Under the pieces are notes generated by a model. That model did not search any database and was not told the origin of the DNA. It saw only the letters and a program-made list of their open reading frames with translations. A DNA stretch of 64,000 nucleotides from Lama glama (lineage: Eukaryota), in the NCBI GenBank assembly GCA_028534125.1, contig CM052820.1, forward strand, positions 2,728,001 to 2,792,000. Reading direction: 5' to 3'. Positions 57,072-64,000 of this stretch are shown in pieces. The translations under genes were made by a program, and so were the position numbers. Position 1 is the stretch's first letter; each line of letters begins with the position of its first letter.

Positions 57072-58604
57072 AGTCACACTAGTTTTCTAGATGATGAAAC
57101 AGAAGGTCAGAGTGGTCCAGTTCACCCAGCCAAAATCTAACGAAGGCTGAATCTGAGAAAGTCATGGTGACCCAGAGCTCGAGGCCAGGGCACTGGAACA
57201 TCTGTTTGGACCCTACTATTAGCACATCTCAGTCCTTTCATCAACTTTGCTGGATTTGCGGCTGTAAGTGTCTTCTACCCCCACCTGCCCCTACCCCCAC
57301 CCGGTCCTACCCCCTTTACAACTTTCTACATGAGTTAAAAAGAATCAAGAGTATGAATGGGTGCCAGTCTTTCTGGAGGAAGCCATTGTCATGAACCTTC
57401 AAGATCAATTTTGAATTTCTCCCCTACGGTGATTCACTTTCAGGGAATGATGCAGACTTTGCTGCCAGATTTCCCTCATTGTCCGATTTCCAGCTGGACC
57501 TGGCTGTCCTCTGAGTCCACCCGTCCGGGTGTGGCTTCTGGAGAAGTGGGGGGCTGCTGAGCCACTGGGCCACGGTCGGGGGCTGCCCAGTGTTCCGCTC
57601 CTTCTCCTGTTTTAGTTTGTGGGTCTAAGCTTGATGCTGCGCATGCCTCCCGCACCCCCCACCCCCAAGCTGAAGTTCTGGTGGTCAGCTGTTCTCAGTG
57701 CCATCGGATTCCCAAGGGTCTTCCTGTTTGTTTGGACTTCAGAGCCGGACAATCCTTCGGAGGTCCTAGTGTTCAGTGGAACCAGTTCGAAGATCCCTTT
57801 CCTCATTATTCCTGATTCTGTGACCCACAGGGTGGGCATAGAATAGCCGAAGAGTGAAATACTGAAGGATATTTTAAAACCCAGTCATTATAGCCCAAAG
57901 ACGCTTGGTGGTGGGTAATGGGAAACAAAGAAAAAAGGATCTCTGTGCAGAAGGGGACGCCTTCCCAGTAACATTCAACCTGGCAGATAGATACGATTTT
58001 CCTGCCTTAAGTCAGAGGTGTCTGGGAAAGCCTTCAGGCCAGGCTTGCAAAAAGTCATCCCATAGAAGGGATCTGGGCACCTGCAGAGGGGACCAGCCAA
58101 GCATGCTTGAATTCAGGAGGAATGCTGAAGTACCAGTACTCACACGAATTTTCCAGGAGATGTTAGAAACAGAAATAGTTAGACAACACCAAAAAACAGG
58201 TGGAGTCTCTATCTGAGAAAGAACATTTCTGTTTTTCAAGACTCAAATCCGAGGTGTCGTGTTTGATGGGCGTCCTGGTTCATGGACTTGCGGGTCATGT
58301 GTGAGCCAGTCCTGGCTTGTGTTCCTCTAAAAGTGGACCCTGACAAGGTTTTGGTGACCAGTAGTTTGTTTGGGAAGATATGTGGGAAACACAGATGAGG
58401 AACTTGAGAAGCAAGACAGAGAAAAGTCAACGAAAGAGGCGTTAATTCTGAGGCGTTGCGGTGGCAGTGAACGACGGGGCTCCGTCCCGCTGGGGCCCCG
58501 GCCGGAACTTGGGGAGAATGTGATGAAGAAAGGGAGGATGGACGCTTCTCTCTTTTTTTCCTGGCTATTTCTTGCTATTTTTTTCAACTCATGATCTTTG
58601 GGGT

Positions 58605-59000
58605 TTTTTTCTCTTCTTTTTTCTTTTATTTCTTTTCTTTTCTTTTTTACTGAAGTATAGTCAGTTCACAACGCTGTGTCAGTTCCTGGTGTGCAGCACA
58701 ATGCTCCAGTCATCCATGCACACACATGTATGCATTTACAGATTCTTTCTCATCAAAGGTTACCACAGGATACTGAACACAGTTCCCTGTGCTCTACCAA
58801 AGCAACTTGCTGTTCACCCATTTTGTATTCAGTAGTTAGTATCTTCAGATCTCGAGCTCCCAATTTATCCCCCCTCCCCCTTTCCCCCGGTAACCATAAG
58901 TTTATTTTCTACATCTGTGCATCTGCTTCCGTTTTGTAAATAAGTTCATTTGTGTCGTTTTTAAGGATCCACCTGTAAGTGAGATCATCTGGTATTTCTT
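58605..59000 (-). mobile_element. LINE-1 3' end (cetartiodactyl type)
   Basis: T-rich tail, ctgaagtatagtcagttcacaacgctgtgtcagttcctggtgt...ggtaaccataagtttattttctacatctgtg...gtaagtgagatcat. Confidence 0.85.
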
Positions 59001-59699
59001 GCTTATTTCTCGACTCTTATCCCTTTTAGGTGGGGTTACCTTGGCGGTGCTCAGTGTCAGCAGTTCCAGGCTGCCTGCCCACAGGGTTGTGAGAGAAATC
59101 GCTCAATCTAAGAAGCTGGGAGACGTGGGCCCCAGAGGCAGAGAGCTGTCAGCACCCCTGCAAGCGGCCGCGTGGCTGCAGGTGAACGCAGGAGCGGGCC
59201 GGGGAGCACGGCACACACAGCACTGCCTGCCTGCTTGTTTAGACAGGAACCCATAGAAACCGAGCCGAGGACATAAGCCTCCGAGGACTAGAGAGAGTCG
59301 TTGCGAGAAGGCTCCAGCAGACACTGCACTCCTCGTTCTTGTAACAGGAGAAATGAGGAGATTCAGTGGTGGAGCATCTATTCTGAGCTCTTCCCTTAAG
59401 CCCGCTGTGTGCTTGGCAGGTGGAGGCTGGCAAACTGCTTTGGTAAAGGACCACTTGGTGTCCAGCGGTCCGGGGCTCCAGAGAGAGGCACGTGCCTGTG
59501 ACCTGTCTCCGGTGTGAATCTGGCTGCAGCTCTGGCTGCTCGGTTCCCCAGCTCCTGCCAGGTTTTGGAACTGAACCTGGCTTTCCAGTCTTCCTATTGC
59601 TGCTAGAGCTCCTCAGCACGCTCCCCGCAGCATGGTTTTCAGCGTATGTTAACCTGAGTAAGTTTCTGCGCTTGCAACCTAGAGCCTGGACTGATGCAC

Positions 59700-60920
59700 G
59701 CTAAATCATTCAACCACTCACTCAACAAATGATTGTTGGGCCCCAGTGTGCCAGGTATCACACAAGGCATCGGGACACAGGGGTGAACCATGCACGTTCC
59801 CTGCCCGCGTGGGCAGACCTCTCAATGAGCGAGGGTGAGGCAGCGAGGGGAAAGGACCTACCGCTGGGGTTAAGGTAAGCCTTTTGAGGAACTGATTTAT
59901 GAGTCAAAACCCCAAAGGCAAGAGAGAGTCAGCCATGGGGAGACCTGAGGGAAGAGGATCCCAGGCCGGGAGCAGGGCTGGGTCAGAGGTTCTTCTGAGT
60001 CTGACAGGTTGAGTCTGGCACGTTGCAGAAATCGCAAGCTGGCCAGTGGGGCTGGAGCCAACACAAGGGGCGGGGGAGTTTCAGGAATTGCAGCCCTGGA
60101 TGGAGAAGGCGGAGGAGATGGAGGAGAGAGGATGGGTTTGCACCTATTTTGGGAGCAGAGTCAGTAAGATGCTGATGACTTAGGCCCATGGGTAAGGAAA
60201 AGGACTTAAATGGTTGATGAGATGCCTTTTACGAAATGAAGAAAAGTGAGGGAGAACTGGTGATTGGGCGTGCCATTCGCCTTTTTAGAACTGGGTGGTA
60301 AGATCAGGAGTTCTCCAGTGTGCATTTTAATTTGGGGTGACTATTCAGCTTCCAAGTGGCAATGTTAGGAAGGCAGCTAAAGCTCCAGGGAGTGTCTGCG
60401 ACTGGATTTGGCAGTCTGGGGACAATATGATATTTTAAGCCGTGAGTCCAAATGAGATAACCCAGTTTGTGAACGTAGATAAAGAAGGGAAAGGAGGTCA
60501 GAATGGGTCCCTCAGCACACCAACAGTTAGAGGTTGAGCCGAGGAGACATGCCCAGCCGAGGAGTCCGAGACGGAGCATCGGGGGCAGTTAGCAGAGAAC
60601 CAGGACAGGTATGGTCTGGAGTCACACCGTCCGGGTTCAGAACCCACCTCCACCACTTACAAGCTGTGCCCTCAGGCAGGTTATTTAACTTCTCTGGGCC
60701 TCAGTTTCCAAGAACGCAATATTAAGACAATAGTCTTTACCTCCTAGGGGAGGAGAATGCATACAAAATTCTGAGAAAAAAGGCCTGGAATAAATAAATG
60801 TTAGACGTTAAAAAAAAAAAAAAAAAGAAGAGAACCAGGAGAGAATGGGATCTTGGAAAGCATGAAAAAAAGTGCTTCAAGAAAACAGCGTGTGCCGCTG
60901 TGCTGAGTGAGGCTGAGAGG
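59700..60920 (-). mobile_element. Degraded LINE-2 with nested MIR (about 60612-60800)
   Basis: cattcaaccactcactcaacaaatgattgttggg...ccaggtatc (L2 3' end), gatcaggagttc...aggcagct...; MIR core gctgtgccctcaggcaggttatttaacttctctgggcctcagtttcc. Confidence 0.6.
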
Positions 60921-61884
60921 CGGGCAGGGGAGACCCGAGAAGATGGGTGCGGATACGGACCTGTGCATCAGATGCCCTCGGCAGCCAGGAAGTGAAACCC
61001 CGTCTTGAATCGGCTTTGCCTGTGAAGGTTGTTTTTCATTCCCACCTCACAGGAAAGCCAGAGCGTGGGCTGCGGGGCTGGTCCGTCAGATGGCTGAATG
61101 ACGCCACCAAGGACCCAGGTTCTCCTCAACTTTCTGTGCTATTTGCAGTGTGGGCTCCACCCTCGGGCTGGTAAGGAGATGGTCCCATTCGGATATGGCA
61201 ATATTTAAAGGAAAAAGAAGACCATCTCTGTTGGTGGCTCTGGGGAGTAAGAGAGCGTGCCCCCTTCCTCGGAATTCCAGTGCTCAGAACTGGCTCAGGG
61301 GGCCTTTCCTAAGCCAGTCATTGGCAAGGTGACGGACACCACTTAGACAAACCAGCCCATCTCCGTTTGGACCCAGGGTGTGAAGGTCAGCGAGGCCTAG
61401 TCGGGGGATGTGGGCTGACCGTATCCATGGCTGTGTGTGCACAGGTTGTGTGCACATCCAGGACGCAGGGAGCTGTGCTGTTCCACAAACCGTGCGCAGT
61501 TTGCCCAACGGAACACGCTTTACTCTTCTAAATTAACTAGATATTTTCCAAAGAAAAACCAGAACAGCAGAAACAAAGCTATACAGTTTGGGTTAAAGAG
61601 AGCACTTGAGCTAATAGGACTTGTATTTCCTGCCTGTTGTGGTTCCCTCACTGTGGCCCAGGACAAGCCACGACTGGCAGCTGCCTCAGTGGGACACCTG
61701 CTTTGCTGCGTCTCTCGACGTGGACCCTGGTGGAGCGCCCGACCCTCCAGGTAACACCTAATCCCCACCTTCTTGATTTTCTGGTGGTCTTCACTCACCC
61801 CGGGGCCAGAGCTAGTGCTTGGGACCCACGGTGATGCTTGGGGAACAGTATAGTGGGGGCGCATGCATTCAGGGCTGTGCAGAA

Positions 61885-62900
61885 TGACGTCAGGAACGCC
61901 TCCATCTCTGTTTTCTTGTACTTTAGGGGCACAAGAGGGCTTTGATGGTAGTGTACTTGGCCCTTATTTGCACACGATAAATGGTTTGTTGAATTTCCCA
62001 CTCCATCAAGGGGACTTACGCTGCTCCCGATAAGACACAAGTTTAGAACAACAAACATTACCATTTCCAGAAACAAAACCTCAAGCATGTTTTATACTAT
62101 TCAGAATAAAGGTCCCAAATTAGGGTAGCTTCTAATTCTGTTCTGTTCTACCCTATTCATTGTGTGCCGTCCTGGAATACATTCAGGAACCTGTTTCTGC
62201 GGGATCGCCCTGGGGACTGTCCGCGCCGAGGACGGGGTCTGTTCAGCATCCAGCTCCAGCCAACAGGCCAAACAGCTTTGATTTGTAAAGTAAATGTCTG
62301 AAGGGAATTTATACAGGCGGCGCTCAGGTCCTCCCACAAACGAATCCCCCAGGGCTGGTCCCTCCTCCAAGGACCCGCCAGAAAGCGAGAAAGCGCGCAC
62401 ACGGCTCGAGTCCTGTCCTGACGGGGGTTTCAAAATAAAAGCCCGCTGCCACATCAAGGATGCTCCCCGGGGGTCCCCGTCGGGTCACTGGTCCCAGAGA
62501 GCGCCCCAGGATGGAAACTCGCCGTGCTCCGGGGTCCGCGCGCCTGTCCCCGCAGCCGGCAGGTCCGACATCCTCGCGCCTTTTAAGGACAGGCGCGGCC
62601 GCCGGCTCCCGCCCGCACCCGGACCCCCCCCCGCCCCCCGGGCGCCCGCCGCGGGGCGCGGCCGGGGCTGAAAATAGCGCGCGGGGCGCGAGGCTCGGCC
62701 CCCGCGGCGATCTCCTCCGCCCGAGCAGAGGGGAGCCGGCTGCTGGGTCTCACGGAGACTCTGATTCCCTTGTTTGGCAGAAGCTGTCACTCAGACCCCT
62801 CTCCCAATTAATTTTGGGTTTTTGGAGCAGAGCCCCGCCAGCCTGGGGCTCCCAAGGCCACGCCCTCCTGACATCGGGGCACGCGCCTTCCCAGGCATCT
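61885..62900. promoter_or_regulatory. CpG-rich candidate enhancer/orphan CpG island with CRE, CArG and MEF2-like motifs
   Basis: TGACGTCA 61885-61892; perfect CC(A/T)6GG at 62115-62124 and 62579-62588; CTGAAAATAG 62668-62677; dense CpGs about 62200-62900. Confidence 0.6.
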
Positions 62901-63243
62901 GGGCTCCGGGGCCCCCTCCCCTTTCCCTACGGGCTTTCAGAGTGGGCAGAATGGGACAGTCCCCAGGAGGGCGTGTGCAAGCAGCCAGAGCAGCCACTGT
63001 GACTGCATCAGAGCCCACCCCCAGTCTCAGCCCCCTCCCCCCCCCCCCCCCGTGTGGCTGCAGCTCGCTTAGCGTGCAGGGGTGGGTGGCTTCACGGATG
63101 CAAATCCCTTCAAGAGCCTGGCAGGTTTCATAGATGAGCAAGGCTGGGGTAGGGGGTCTGCTAGGGCTTGAGGAGTACAGGGAAGTGTCCATCTGATGGG
63201 CATTCAGGTTTAAAGGGTTAATACACCACTGCCAGCGCTGTTC

Positions 63244-63439
63244 NNNNNNNNNNNNNNNNNNNNNNNNNNNNNNNNNNNNNNNNNNNNNNNNNNNNNNNNN
63301 NNNNNNNNNNNNNNNNNNNNNNNNNNNNNNNNNNNNNNNNNNNNNNNNNNNNNNNNNNNNNNNNNNNNNNNNNNNNNNNNNNNNNNNNNNNNNNNNNNNN
63401 NNNNNNNNNNNNNNNNNNNNNNNNNNNNNNNNNNNNNNN
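63244..63439. other. Assembly gap (196 N)
   Basis: Run of N. Confidence 0.99.
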
Positions 63440-63440
63440 T

Positions 63441-63831
63441 ACTAAGCGAAGTAAGCCAGCCAGAAAAAGACAAACATTGTATGATATCACTTATATATAT
63501 GGGATCTTAAAAAATGAGACAAATAAACTTACTTACAATATGGAAACAGACTCACAGATAAGAAAACAAGCTTGTAGTTACCAGAGGGGAGGGGAGCGGG
63601 TGCAGGGATAAAGTGGGAATTCAGGATATGAAGGTACAAACTACTATATATAAAACAGATAAACAGCAAGATTCTACTGTACAGCACAGGGAACTATATT
63701 CAATACCTTGTAATAACCTATGATGAAAAAGAATATGAAAAGGAATATATATATATGGAACTGAATCACTATGCTGCTCACCAGAAACTAACGCAACATT
63801 ATAAACCGACTACACGTCAAAAAAAAAAAAA
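63441..63831 (+). mobile_element. LINE-1 3' end with poly(A) tail, 5' part lost in the gap
   Basis: actaagcgaagtaagccagccagaaaaagacaaac...acagcacagggaactatattcaataccttgtaataacc...gactacacgtcaaaaaaaaaaaaa. Confidence 0.88.
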
Positions 63832-64000
63832 TACATGGCTGCCAAATCAATGTCCTCCAGGCAAACCTGGCCCTTGGGCCACCAGTTGGCAATCTCTGGT
63901 TTAGAGGCGCTGAGTTAAGTAAAACTCATCGTTGCCCTGTCTGGCCTGCTGTATATGGCTATGCAAAGTTTTGAGCCGTGGCCTGGAAGTAAATCCCAAC

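Noticed and set aside
62294-63192. Several Pro/Arg/Gly-rich ORFs in the CpG-rich region
   Set aside because: Expected in very GC-rich DNA; no coherent exon or known protein.
1-64000. CRISPR arrays, operons or other prokaryote-type systems
   Set aside because: Eukaryotic intron-exon locus; the only regular arrays are Gly-X-Y exons, the C3 coding repeat and microsatellites.

Overview
Mammalian genomic DNA, most likely a camelid (two tRNA-derived SINEs resembling Vic-1). The window holds the 3' part of COL6A3 (collagen VI alpha-3) on the + strand: 40 coding exons (human-numbered 5-44, 1522-52671). They encode VWA domains N8-N1, the Gly-X-Y helix, VWA C1/C2, the Lys/Pro-rich C3, FN3 (C4) and the Kunitz C5/endotrophin domain, followed by a 3'UTR with a miR-29 8mer and an AATAAA at 53416. 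All introns are GT-AG, phases join into one open frame, and exon lengths match the human exons as I recall them, except exon 40 (C3), which is 153 nt longer because of a 15/30-nt tandem repeat. The remainder is introns and about 10.5 kb of intergenic DNA with MaLR, L1, L2, MIR and SINE remnants, and a 196-N gap. I see no new gene or unambiguous novel system. The best leads are: (1) a CpG-rich CRE/CArG/MEF2-like enhancer candidate about 9 kb downstream of the gene; (2) the higher-order repeat expansion in C3; (3) a Kunitz reactive loop lacking the inactivating P1' Asp; (4) RBFOX motifs at the acceptors of the two endotrophin exons. Human comparisons are from memory and need checking by alignment.
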